From a virus: a DNA stretch of 64,000 nucleotides. The DNA is taken from positions 5,202-69,201 of the IMG/VR virus record IMGVR_UViG_3300002933_000006; one strand, 5' to 3'. The position numbers were made by a program, and so were the translations under genes. The number at the start of each line of letters is the position of its first letter. Positions within the stretch are counted from its first letter, which is position 1. A model generated the notes under the pieces. It saw only the letters and a program-made list of their open reading frames with translations, did not search any database and was not told the origin of the DNA. Below are positions 29,760 through 37,782 of this stretch, piece by piece.

Positions 29760-29971
29760 TATGAATACTTTAAACAAAATAAACTTACTGCTGGATTTTC
29801 GGGATCATAAAAACGCATTTCAATATAACCTTTAGATACAAAGTTGCAATCGTAATCTCGATTTACCTCTAACCCGTGTTCTTTAAGTTCTTCTTTGATG
29901 CGTAGAGTTTTAACTGCCCAAAGTTCTTGGCCTCTTTCATTTCTATCGTGTGGTATTCTAATTATCTTCAT
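29759..29971 (-). CDS. FxLxW-terminal family protein
   Basis: Ends FYDPENPAVSLFCLKYS. Confidence 0.7.
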   Translation of the reverse strand: MKIIRIPHDRNERGQELWAVKTLRIKEELKEHGLEVNRDYDCNFVSKGYIEMRFYDPENPAVSLFCLKYS

Positions 29972-30216
29972 AACCATTTCAATCTGAATAATGTTGCATC
30001 TGCTTCATCTTTATAGTATAGCGTCTTATTATGATAAAAGCAATCGGGTAAAGTTTCACCGACCCACGCTTTTAGTTCTATATCTCCGTATACCCAGTTG
30101 CCCGGCCCATAAAGTTTCTTATAGTCAGCATATTTCAATTCTATTAGAAATGCCGCATCAAGGGAATCAGCCATTTGTTGCGCTAGATCATTGGCGATTG
30201 CTTCTTCTAAATTCAT
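29968..30216 (-). CDS. FxLxW-terminal family protein with capsid-helix-like N-terminus
   Basis: MNLEEAIANDLAQQMADSLDAAFL ... YKDEADATLFRLKWL. Confidence 0.7.
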   Translation of the reverse strand: MNLEEAIANDLAQQMADSLDAAFLIELKYADYKKLYGPGNWVYGDIELKAWVGETLPDCFYHNKTLYYKDEADATLFRLKWL

Positions 30217-30425
30217 AGGTACTTTAATGTAAACGATGTTGCATCTGCAGGATTGTAAAATTCAAATTCTATGCTGGGTAATCGTATTTCGTGAGTTTCC
30301 CAACTGTACCCTCCCTGTAAGAATCTATAACTAAAATCTGCGTGTTGACGCAAAGTTAATCTAAGTTCCATGACTATCTCAAGTGCCCGGTCTGCGTCGA
30401 CATTTTGTAAAATAACAGTAGTCAT
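30213..30425 (-). CDS. FxLxW-terminal family protein
   Basis: Ends FYNPADATSFTLKYL. Confidence 0.7.
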   Translation of the reverse strand: MTTVILQNVDADRALEIVMELRLTLRQHADFSYRFLQGGYSWETHEIRLPSIEFEFYNPADATSFTLKYL

Positions 30426-30658
30426 AACCATTTCAACTTAAAGTGTGTAGCATCTGCTGAATTTTCAAATCTGAAACAAAATCCTTCTGTGCTGTTAAAT
30501 CCCCGTAAATGGTATTGGCCGCCTTCTGCTGTTTCAACCCAGTCCAGTATTTCCCTAATAGGATATTTAGGACCGCCGAATACATCTCGCCATAGTATTA
30601 TGACTTCTTCCCACTCAGTGTGCGGACCTTTAATATACTCAAACGGTATTTGTATCAT
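30422..30658 (-). CDS. FxLxW-terminal family protein
   Basis: Ends FENSADATHFKLKWL. Confidence 0.75.
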   Translation of the reverse strand: MIQIPFEYIKGPHTEWEEVIILWRDVFGGPKYPIREILDWVETAEGGQYHLRGFNSTEGFCFRFENSADATHFKLKWL

Positions 30659-30882
30659 CTATTTAAAACCCACCACATGTAATCTGCGTCGGTTTTGAAT
30701 TGAATATTGACGCTTACGGTGTATGTATCGTAATTAAATATAGGTTCTAACGTGTACGCATCGTCCATATACTGTTGCAAGTATTCTACCATACGAGCTT
30801 TAGTAATATCGTTAAATAGTTCGCCCATAAAATCAACCATAAGATTATTGGCAACGTATTCTAAACTAGGTATTGTTTTCAT
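30655..30882 (-). CDS. Divergent FxLxW-terminal family protein
   Basis: DFMGELFNDITKARMVEYL ... FKTDADYMWWVLNR. Confidence 0.65.
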   Translation of the reverse strand: MKTIPSLEYVANNLMVDFMGELFNDITKARMVEYLQQYMDDAYTLEPIFNYDTYTVSVNIQFKTDADYMWWVLNR

Positions 30883-31136
30883 TTAAATTTTAAGGTAAAT
30901 GCTGTTGCATCTTGTGCATCGATAAACCAAAATACCACTACATAATCGTGTACATAACTTGTGTCAGAAGTATCTAACATTTCTGACCATATTAAACTTA
31001 AATCATTTTCGTGGCACCACTTTTTCATTTTCCACGTTACAGTCGTTGGGTCCGCTATTAATACTTGATGGCATTGTTTAAGTACATCATTGGGTGGCTT
31101 AAACATATCTAAATAGTTTTCGGGATTAACGTGCAT
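30879..31136 (-). CDS. FxLxW-terminal family protein
   Basis: KWCHEN ... FIDAQDATAFTLKFK. Confidence 0.7.
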   Translation of the reverse strand: MHVNPENYLDMFKPPNDVLKQCHQVLIADPTTVTWKMKKWCHENDLSLIWSEMLDTSDTSYVHDYVVVFWFIDAQDATAFTLKFK

Positions 31137-31435
31137 TATGAGTACTTCAACTTATAAAATGTGTATTTTGCTTCATCTACGATTTCAAATGTTTGCCCGA
31201 TCATATTATCCAGGCGGTCGATTCGAAATCCGTATGTTTCTTCTAACCAAGTAGCAAATCCTTCTAATTCAAACTTTAGCCCTTCTGCTATACGTAGGTT
31301 ATCATATTCTGCTTTGGCTATCTGTAATGAACGCCAATGATCGTATTTGTCTAGTCCATCTGGCGTTGGTACTCCGCCCAATAGAGTATCTAACTTGGCT
31401 TCAAAGTCCGAGTATAAGTGATTGTTATTTGCCAT
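31136..31435 (-). CDS. FxLxW-terminal family protein
   Basis: TWLEETYG ... IVDEAKYTFYKLKYS. Confidence 0.7.
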   Translation of the reverse strand: MANNNHLYSDFEAKLDTLLGGVPTPDGLDKYDHWRSLQIAKAEYDNLRIAEGLKFELEGFATWLEETYGFRIDRLDNMIGQTFEIVDEAKYTFYKLKYS

Positions 31436-31631
31436 CTACATTGTCCAATACTGTTTTTGCATACCATCCCATACGTCCCTCTGGATCCATACGTTGTATA
31501 TCTTCTAATCCTACCCGCATTAATTCGTTTTGTTCTTCTAATAGATAAACACGATTACGTAGGTTGCCGGCAGTCATCCACGACATAAGCATAGATACAA
31601 ACTTACCCGCTATAGCACCCCAATCAATCAA
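31425..31631 (-). CDS. Hypothetical protein
   Basis: Overlapping gene chain. Confidence 0.6.
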   Translation of the reverse strand: MIDWGAIAGKFVSMLMSWMTAGNLRNRVYLLEEQNELMRVGLEDIQRMDPEGRMGWYAKTVLDNVDGK

Positions 31632-31915
31632 TATTCATTCCTTAATATATCAAATGCATCGCCGTATTCATATTTGTCGTATTTCATTACCGGAAACTTA
31701 CTGTCTGATTGAAATCGACGATAAACGGTCTTACCCCATTGCCACTTTCCGTGTATATCCCGGACAGGACGCCATGCAAACCACCTTTCCCACTTTGGCA
31801 TTGCAGTTTTAACATCAAATTCGGGAACTATTCTCCAGTTGACGCTATCGTACATTTCCCAGTTATTAGTAGTTGTCTTAAAACGTAACTGTCCTGTAAC
31901 TGGTTGTTGAATCAT
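31628..31915 (-). CDS. 'WFAWxPV' family small protein
   Basis: WERWFAWRPVRDIHGKWQWGKTVYRR ... YGDAFDIL. Confidence 0.75.
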   Translation of the reverse strand: MIQQPVTGQLRFKTTTNNWEMYDSVNWRIVPEFDVKTAMPKWERWFAWRPVRDIHGKWQWGKTVYRRFQSDSKFPVMKYDKYEYGDAFDILRNEY

Positions 31916-31925
31916 CTATCGTCCT

Positions 31926-32243
31926 TTATCCGTGTGGTCTCGGTGCAGGCGGTGGCGGCTTGGGTGGCCGTTGCCCGGTTGCTTGTTTTGGTGTGTCGAT
32001 ATCTTTAAGCAAATCAAAGTCTGTAGCATAATCACAGCCGGCATAGCGTTGAAATACTGTTGAATTGCGACGGTATATGCTTTTAAGCCATACGCAATCG
32101 CCGCTGATAGTCGTAACAGGATGCCACGCATACCACCGACGCCATTCCCCGGGTGCTCCGCCCATATTGCGTACCATTTCATTTATCTCTGTGGATAATT
32201 TATGTATTTGGTCTACCAATTGTTTTATTTGTTGGTTATTCAT
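31926..32243 (-). CDS. 'WFAWxPV' family small protein
   Basis: WRRWYAWHPVTTISGDCVWLKSIYRR ... YATDFDLL; Pro-rich tail. Confidence 0.75.
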   Translation of the reverse strand: MNNQQIKQLVDQIHKLSTEINEMVRNMGGAPGEWRRWYAWHPVTTISGDCVWLKSIYRRNSTVFQRYAGCDYATDFDLLKDIDTPKQATGQRPPKPPPPAPRPHG

Positions 32244-32470
32244 CTATCGTCCTTTAATCTATCAAAGTCGTCGCTGTATCGACGACGCACGCCGCCTGGG
32301 CCAAATCGTTCTGTATACCAAATCCATTCACGCCAATACCAGCGACCATTTACCCTGCGTGGAATAATGCTACAGAAATGTTTTTTCCATTGAGGCTCTG
32401 GCTCTTTGTACGTTACACCCATAGGACCACCATTCCATTCATCTTTAGGCTTCCTCCTGTAAGATGCCAA
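32240..32470 (-). CDS. 'WFAWxPV' family small protein (start uncertain)
   Basis: WKKHF..IPRRVNGRWYWREWIW ... YSDDFDRL. Confidence 0.65.
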   Translation of the reverse strand: MASYRRKPKDEWNGGPMGVTYKEPEPQWKKHFCSIIPRRVNGRWYWREWIWYTERFGPGGVRRRYSDDFDRLKDDR

Positions 32471-32606
32471 ATACTGTATCTGTATAGTAGATAACCAACT
32501 CTGTGTCTTTGCGATATATCATTTTAAGCCAATGCCATTTATTGTTAATCTTAATAGGTTTCCATGCAAATACTCTTTTCCACTTAGGTGCTTCTTCTCT
32601 TGTCAC
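32445..32606 (-). CDS. 'WFAWxPV' family small protein, not in ORF track (53 aa, GTG start)
   Basis: Manual translation: (V)TREEAPKWKRVFAWKPIKINNKWHWLKMIYRKDTELVIYYTDTVFGILQEEA*. Confidence 0.65.
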   Translation of the reverse strand: MTREEAPKWKRVFAWKPIKINNKWHWLKMIYRKDTELVIYYTDTVFGILQEEA

Positions 32607-32640
32607 TGTTATGCTACCGTCTGGATAGTAAATAACATCC

Positions 32641-33072
32641 TTAGGCCCACCTCAACGTAAACATAATGTAATCCCGTTCATCACGGAAAGTTATACTGCA
32701 TAATCCTGTATACCAACGTGACCAAGCATCTGGATTCTTTGGTTTCCGACCAAACTGTTCCTCTGCCCAGTTTAACGCATCTTTCCAATCCTGTGGCTCG
32801 ATATCAACCCTGTACCATTTAGCACGGCTAAAGTTCATTGGTTTCTTGGTAAACACTCTTGTATCCTTTTGATAGAATTGTAATGGGATATACGGTGCAT
32901 AGAACGCACCCATAGACATAGACATTGGCTGTACGCCCACGATATCATTAGCCAGTAAATCAGGAACTGTCTGCCTAATTATAGAAAGTACGGCCTTTTG
33001 TGTATTGGCGGTATTCGGTTGCCCTATAAATTGAGCAAGTGCATCATTCAATTGTTTCTGGATTGTATTCAT
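32641..33072 (-). CDS. Chimeric FxLxW-terminal protein with major-capsid-like N-terminal segments
   Basis: AVLSIIRQTVPDLLANDIVGVQPM and GAFYAPYIPLQ, then NWAEEQFG ... FRDERDYIMFTLRWA. Confidence 0.75.
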   Translation of the reverse strand: MNTIQKQLNDALAQFIGQPNTANTQKAVLSIIRQTVPDLLANDIVGVQPMSMSMGAFYAPYIPLQFYQKDTRVFTKKPMNFSRAKWYRVDIEPQDWKDALNWAEEQFGRKPKNPDAWSRWYTGLCSITFRDERDYIMFTLRWA

Positions 33073-33287
33073 TATGACCATTTCAACATAAAGACTGATG
33101 CATCTTTTGCATCCTTAAAATAAAATGTGCTATCCTCGTTTATCCAACCAAATCGCCAGCGATACTTACGTCCACCTGGACCGAATGATTCTTCGCACCA
33201 AGATATAATCTCAGTTTCTTGTTTTCCTGTAGTAAAGGGCACGGTAATCTTTGTTTTATATTTGCTTTTGCGTTCTGCTACTATCAT
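33072..33287 (-). CDS. FxLxW-terminal family protein
   Basis: SWCEESFG ... FKDAKDASVFMLKWS. Confidence 0.75.
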   Translation of the reverse strand: MIVAERKSKYKTKITVPFTTGKQETEIISWCEESFGPGGRKYRWRFGWINEDSTFYFKDAKDASVFMLKWS

Positions 33288-33472
33288 GCCCATCTCAATG
33301 CAAATAGTGTAATATCTATTTCTTTATAAATCATAATAACATAACTCCCCCATTGATCGTCGGGATCTTCTATATATTTCCATCTGTCCATATTATGGCC
33401 AAACTGCTCTACGCACCACTGCAACATTTTCGCAGTTCTTTCGCTTACCATCGATACCCGGTGATATATCAC
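33284..33472 (-). CDS. FxLxW-terminal family protein
   Basis: QWCVEQFG ... IYKEIDITLFALRWA. Confidence 0.75.
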   Translation of the reverse strand: MIYHRVSMVSERTAKMLQWCVEQFGHNMDRWKYIEDPDDQWGSYVIMIYKEIDITLFALRWA

Positions 33473-33750
33473 GAATATTTCAACCTAAACACAGTTTCCT
33501 CAGCAGGAGTATCAAACTTCAGTACCCACTTACTCGATCTATACATACTATCACCTACACGGAACTCTCTAACAACAATGCGATAGTTACCGGGCCAGCG
33601 TAGTTTCATTCTGTCGGTAATCATATCTAATGTAGTATTAGGGTCGCGATCACTCATTTCCCAATCTGTTAACCATTCCCATGGTGTTTTCACTTGATAT
33701 TTCTCCTCGATGTTAAACCAAGTTTTTGCTATTCCATAACTAATTGTCAT
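33469..33750 (-). CDS. FxLxW-terminal family protein
   Basis: Ends FDTPAEETVFRLKYS. Confidence 0.7.
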   Translation of the reverse strand: MTISYGIAKTWFNIEEKYQVKTPWEWLTDWEMSDRDPNTTLDMITDRMKLRWPGNYRIVVREFRVGDSMYRSSKWVLKFDTPAEETVFRLKYS

Positions 33751-33950
33751 TCTGCCGCCGCCAATATATCAAACATTGTAGCATACTCTGTAAAAGGTTC
33801 TTCGTGCATACCAGTATAACGCCAGACAATACGTTTATAACACTTGCGAAACCAAATCCATTGGCCTGTAATCGTACGGTGCGGAAAGACAGCGAAACTG
33901 GGCCACCAGTCTATCTGTACAGTAACTAATTCATTTATATATTTCATCAT
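33747..33950 (-). CDS. 'WFAWxPV' family small protein
   Basis: WWPSFAVFPHRTITGQWIWFRKCYKR ... YATMFDIL. Confidence 0.7.
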   Translation of the reverse strand: MMKYINELVTVQIDWWPSFAVFPHRTITGQWIWFRKCYKRIVWRYTGMHEEPFTEYATMFDILAAAE

Positions 33951-34249
33951 GCCCACCTTAACGCAAACATCATTGATTGTTCTTCATCTGTTATATCAAC
34001 TACATAACCTGTGCGATATCCACACCAACCACCTATGACTCGATCATCATAATCTTCATAGTATGCTCTGATTTCCCATCCCGCCCCAATATATAATGCA
34101 ACTTCCTCGCCATTGTCTGTTAGTGGTGTATCGCCCCGGCAATAATATTCGCCAACATTCTCTTCTAACCACAATTTGATATCCTGTAATCTATGTTCAT
34201 GTTCGCGGATATCCTGTATTTCACGGCGAGAGATTTCAAATATACCCAT
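33947..34249 (-). CDS. FxLxW-terminal family protein
   Basis: LWLEENVG ... ITDEEQSMMFALRWA. Confidence 0.75.
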   Translation of the reverse strand: MGIFEISRREIQDIREHEHRLQDIKLWLEENVGEYYCRGDTPLTDNGEEVALYIGAGWEIRAYYEDYDDRVIGGWCGYRTGYVVDITDEEQSMMFALRWA

Positions 34250-34459
34250 TTATAACCATCTTAATTTAAACATTGTAGCATACTTTTCCTCAGAGAAGTA
34301 GAATGTATAACACCTAAATGGTGCATCTACGGTCCATGGATTATGCCGATTTACATTATCTTTCCAAATAGCTTGGTTGCCAATATAGGTATTACACCAT
34401 TTAACAATTTCCATATACTTTTGGACATCAATATCTAATTCAACTTGGTCTGCTATCAT
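34250..34459 (-). CDS. FxLxW-terminal family protein
   Basis: KWCNTYIG ... FSEEKYATMFKLRWL. Confidence 0.75.
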   Translation of the reverse strand: MIADQVELDIDVQKYMEIVKWCNTYIGNQAIWKDNVNRHNPWTVDAPFRCYTFYFSEEKYATMFKLRWL

Positions 34460-34698
34460 GCCCACCTCAACATAAAAGTCATCCGTTGTTTTTCGTCCAT
34501 TATTGTAAAACTAGCAAACTGGCCTTTTTCGTCAGTCCACTGATTTCTAAATCTAAAATCAATACCGTTATTGTTAAGCCATTGCCACACCAAGCTAGTA
34601 TATTCACCGTAAGGACAAGGTATCTTAACAGTTGCGTTCATATCTGCTACCAGTTCCGGGCTCGGTTTGTATGGATTCTGTTCGTTGTATACAATCAT
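34456..34698 (-). CDS. FxLxW-terminal family protein
   Basis: QWLNNNG ... IMDEKQRMTFMLRWA. Confidence 0.75.
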   Translation of the reverse strand: MIVYNEQNPYKPSPELVADMNATVKIPCPYGEYTSLVWQWLNNNGIDFRFRNQWTDEKGQFASFTIMDEKQRMTFMLRWA

Positions 34699-35000
34699 CC
34701 CCACCTCAACAAAAACATAGTACGATCCGCATCGTGGTCAAAGTGTAAAACCATCCCTGTTTGCCTAATGCCAGACCCGTACTCGTCTATCCACTTCTCA
34801 ATGTCTTTTTGATTGTTAACCCAATGTACGTAATCTTCGATGATTAGCATAAGTGCACCTGTCACAGGTGACATAGCAGGAATAAACTTGCCGCCGGCTT
34901 GCATTTGTATTACCCCGTTGAGAAACTGTAGCTTTTCTCCATTTTCTTCTATAGTAACTAAATCTAAGCCGGGCATTATATTTTTAAGAGTTCTTTTCAT
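34695..35000 (-). CDS. FxLxW-terminal family protein
   Basis: KWIDEYG ... FDHDADRTMFLLRWG. Confidence 0.75.
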   Translation of the reverse strand: MKRTLKNIMPGLDLVTIEENGEKLQFLNGVIQMQAGGKFIPAMSPVTGALMLIIEDYVHWVNNQKDIEKWIDEYGSGIRQTGMVLHFDHDADRTMFLLRWG

Positions 35001-35337
35001 ATGTCAGTGTAATGCGATTAAGTGCTTGTCTGGGGTAGATATGTTTGCTTTGTACATAGATCTGCCCATCAGGAAAGTCATAAGTTAGCATCCAATTAAA
35101 ATAACGCTTATCGTATATTTGACCTTCTTTGTACATTACCGTTTCCACTAAGTTAGGTAATGTACGCTCTGCAGGATATACGCCACCTGGATTCTTAATA
35201 CGATCAATTAAGATTTCGTCTTGTAATTCTCTGTAAGTCAGCGGTTCTACTTCAATATCAGTCCATAGAGGATTTTTACGTTCTTTATTTAGGAACGCAA
35301 TCATGTCCTTGTCCCGCATAATAAGTTTTACTTTCAT
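34984..35337 (-). CDS. Hypothetical protein embedded in array 2
   Basis: Starts at a TGATG overlap after AAGGTGG. Confidence 0.65.
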   Translation of the reverse strand: MKVKLIMRDKDMIAFLNKERKNPLWTDIEVEPLTYRELQDEILIDRIKNPGGVYPAERTLPNLVETVMYKEGQIYDKRYFNWMLTYDFPDGQIYVQSKHIYPRQALNRITLTYEKNS

Positions 35338-35513
35338 CACGACCACCTTAACATAAAAAAATTAACATCTTCCATTCGTTCAAAATATATAATAGGCAAA
35401 TCTCCGCGGCAGTCAACGAGATCGCCAAAGTTTTCTTTTGCCCATTCTTGCATCTCTATACGCTTACGATATGATGCAGAACCTATAGTTACTTCAATAT
35501 GTTGTTTTTCCAT
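35337..35513 (-). CDS. FxLxW-terminal family protein
   Basis: EWAKENFG ... FERMEDVNFFMLRWS. Confidence 0.75.
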   Translation of the reverse strand: MEKQHIEVTIGSASYRKRIEMQEWAKENFGDLVDCRGDLPIIYFERMEDVNFFMLRWS

Positions 35514-35728
35514 TATGCCCACCTTAACGCAAATAACACCGCATCTTTGTCATCTTCGAACTCTACAAAACATTCTTTTGTCCAGCTAGGTGATTCATAA
35601 AACCGTGCTTGACATTTTGCGTTACACCAGTACCGTAGATCAAAGTTCTTTAAAAGATCTCTACTGTAATAAACACGATGTAGCACTGGCAGATGTATAC
35701 CTGGCATTGTTTCTTTATAGGTAATCAT
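35513..35728 (-). CDS. FxLxW-terminal family protein
   Basis: YWCNAKC ... FEDDKDAVLFALRWA. Confidence 0.75.
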   Translation of the reverse strand: MITYKETMPGIHLPVLHRVYYSRDLLKNFDLRYWCNAKCQARFYESPSWTKECFVEFEDDKDAVLFALRWA

Positions 35729-35970
35729 GACATCCTTAAGGCAAATAATGTTACATCCTGCGCCGAAGCAAATCCCAACTTTATAACACCGTTGGCATTG
35801 GCACTATAAAGAATATTGTGCTTTTCTTCAAACCACCGAACCATTGACTCGTTTGAATAATCCCTTTGATTATTTGGCAATGATACTTGGTGGGCCCGCC
35901 ACTCATCAAGTACGTTACTGTAGGGCTTTAATAATCGCTCAAAGCGAACGTAATACCTATCTCTCATCAC
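35725..35970 (-). CDS. FxLxW-terminal family protein
   Basis: RWFEEKH ... FASAQDVTLFALRMS. Confidence 0.7.
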   Translation of the reverse strand: MMRDRYYVRFERLLKPYSNVLDEWRAHQVSLPNNQRDYSNESMVRWFEEKHNILYSANANGVIKLGFASAQDVTLFALRMS

Positions 35971-36236
35971 AGCGACTCTATATCCCTACAAATAAGTTTA
36001 AGCCATACAAGTTCTTGTTCATTGACTTTGCCCCAACTTGTGTTATTACTAGGTGCTTTAACAAGTGTAACACCATTGGCATTTTCTAGCCACACACGAT
36101 TGCTGTTCTTTAGTGCTTCGTCGTGCAAGTACCTCCATCCTACTGTACCGGGTTTAACATCAGTAATACTAAGGTACTTGTGCGTATTGCCAAATATAGT
36201 AATGTTGTCTTGAATTTCGTAATAGTAGTTAATCAT
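35967..36236 (-). CDS. Hypothetical protein
   Basis: Overlapping gene chain; ends ELVWLKL... Confidence 0.65.
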   Translation of the reverse strand: MINYYYEIQDNITIFGNTHKYLSITDVKPGTVGWRYLHDEALKNSNRVWLENANGVTLVKAPSNNTSWGKVNEQELVWLKLICRDIESL

Positions 36237-36460
36237 AGTCTTGACTCCAGTCCCGGGACCTTCATTACCTCTATAATATTACAATGTATGCATCGCTTAT
36301 TAAGAACATAGTGCTGTATAGACGTATAATTCTTGTCTTTGATCCACTGTCCCTTGTTCCAGTGTGTCCAACGATGTATACCAAAACGACACCAAAAACT
36401 ATTCACAAGTGGAGACTCATCCTTTAATGCTCTAACTGTATTTTCGTGTTCGATATTCAT
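36233..36460 (-). CDS. Small putative zinc-binding protein (paralogue of 36457..36645)
   Basis: ENTVRALK ... WCRFGIHRW ... CIHC. Confidence 0.7.
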   Translation of the reverse strand: MNIEHENTVRALKDESPLVNSFWCRFGIHRWTHWNKGQWIKDKNYTSIQHYVLNKRCIHCNIIEVMKVPGLESRL

Positions 36461-36645
36461 TTTGTCTGATTAAATTGATGTTTATTACAGCAAAGGCATT
36501 TTCTGTATTGTGTCCATTTTTCATTTAACATAGGTTCTTTCCAAAAACTCCACCTGTGTAATCCCAAACGGCATTGCCAACGGTATACAGGAAATGGTTC
36601 ATGCCCTTTAAGGACTCTCATTGTATTCTCTTTATCAACATTCAT
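36457..36645 (-). CDS. Small putative zinc-binding protein
   Basis: ENTMRVLK ... QCRLGLHRW ... CLCC. Confidence 0.7.
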   Translation of the reverse strand: MNVDKENTMRVLKGHEPFPVYRWQCRLGLHRWSFWKEPMLNEKWTQYRKCLCCNKHQFNQTK

Positions 36646-36961
36646 CTGTGCGATTCCACTCTTCTTCGTAAAAATCAACTTGCTGTTGTATGTCTCGATC
36701 ATCATAATGCTCAACACGCATTAATGTCAGTTCGCCTTCGTACTTTAATTTTAGCATACTTTCTTGCTTATCATCAACGGTATCTACCCAATATTCTGCT
36801 CGGCCTGCTATCGAAATTGGCTGTCCGTTACGGTGATTAACAAGATTATGAAAATCATGTGATTCGACTTTAGATTCAAGTTTATTGCAACACCCGGTTA
36901 TCCAATTATAGTCAGCTTCATCTAACTGTGGCCGGTCAATACGCCAACGCTTTAATATCAT
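36635..36961 (-). CDS. Hypothetical protein, possible extended FxLxW family member
   Basis: Internal TVDDKQESMLKLKYEG. Confidence 0.6.
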   Translation of the reverse strand: MILKRWRIDRPQLDEADYNWITGCCNKLESKVESHDFHNLVNHRNGQPISIAGRAEYWVDTVDDKQESMLKLKYEGELTLMRVEHYDDRDIQQQVDFYEEEWNRTDEC

Positions 36962-37143
36962 AGCCAATACAATGCAAACAAGCTCGCATCCTCTTCTCGT
37001 ACAAATTGTATAAACTGTGTACCAAAAGCAAATCGTTGATACCAACGGTCTAGTCGCATATGGCCAAACTGTTCAGCACACCATCGAGCAATTTCTATAT
37101 GCTTGTGATAATACTCGTCGCGATCTAATGTAAATTCAATCAT
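36958..37143 (-). CDS. FxLxW-terminal family protein
   Basis: RWCAEQFG ... FVREEDASLFALYWL. Confidence 0.75.
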   Translation of the reverse strand: MIEFTLDRDEYYHKHIEIARWCAEQFGHMRLDRWYQRFAFGTQFIQFVREEDASLFALYWL

Positions 37144-37361
37144 AGCCATTGTAATCTAAACATAGTTTCTGCGGCATCATCAAAGAAGTCTAAATGCACT
37201 TCTTCAATATAAGTGTGCTTTACATAACGAGCTTCAGCAAAACGTGGACAAAATCCCAATTCGCGACGCATCTTTTCTCGAATCATAGCCGTAGCTTTGC
37301 CGTGTTTTTCCTCTATGTTATTACGAACAATAGACCATTCGTGCTTTGATAATGTAATCAT
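37140..37361 (-). CDS. FxLxW-terminal family protein
   Basis: Ends FFDDAAETMFRLQWL. Confidence 0.75.
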   Translation of the reverse strand: MITLSKHEWSIVRNNIEEKHGKATAMIREKMRRELGFCPRFAEARYVKHTYIEEVHLDFFDDAAETMFRLQWL

Positions 37362-37534
37362 ACAAACCTCAGCATAAATGCTGTTAAATCTTGCTCAGTC
37401 TTATAAACTATACCAGTAACATATATTTCATACTGCCCATTATCATCACACCAATCTTTGATTTCAAAAAGCTCATCCCAATTCTTCCATTCAATGGCAA
37501 TATGGTTGTAGCGTTGATCGACTGTTAGTTTCAT
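37358..37534 (-). CDS. FxLxW-terminal family protein, not in ORF track (58 aa)
   Basis: Manual translation MKLTVDQRYNHIAIEWKNWDELFEIKDWCDDNGQYEIYVTGIVYKTEQDLTAFMLRFV*; ATGA overlaps at both ends. Confidence 0.75.
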   Translation of the reverse strand: MKLTVDQRYNHIAIEWKNWDELFEIKDWCDDNGQYEIYVTGIVYKTEQDLTAFMLRFV

Positions 37535-37782
37535 TCTCGAATACCTAAGTATTTTAAGTTATAGTACGTAAGTGCTTCGCCCGTTAATGGTGCGTATATA
37601 CGAATCATAAATCCATAATCGTGTGAGTCGCAGAAGAATACTAAATCATCACACTTTGTTTTAAGCCACTGAGCTTCTTCGGTTTGTTCCCACTGATATA
37701 TAGGATCAGCGGCATACAAATAAGGATCTTCACAATCGCCCATGCGTATTTCTTTAACTAAGGTTCCTCTACCATTCTTCAT
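37531..37782 (-). CDS. Divergent FxLxW-terminal family protein
   Basis: MGDCEDPYLYAA.PIYQW ... LTGEALTYYNLKYL. Confidence 0.7.
   Translation of the reverse strand: MKNGRGTLVKEIRMGDCEDPYLYAADPIYQWEQTEEAQWLKTKCDDLVFFCDSHDYGFMIRIYAPLTGEALTYYNLKYLGIRE

Noticed and set aside
31916-32182. Alternative-frame minus ORFs (31916..32182, also 9394, 27677, 49733)
   Set aside because: They overlap better-supported genes that carry family motifs and coupled start/stop codons.
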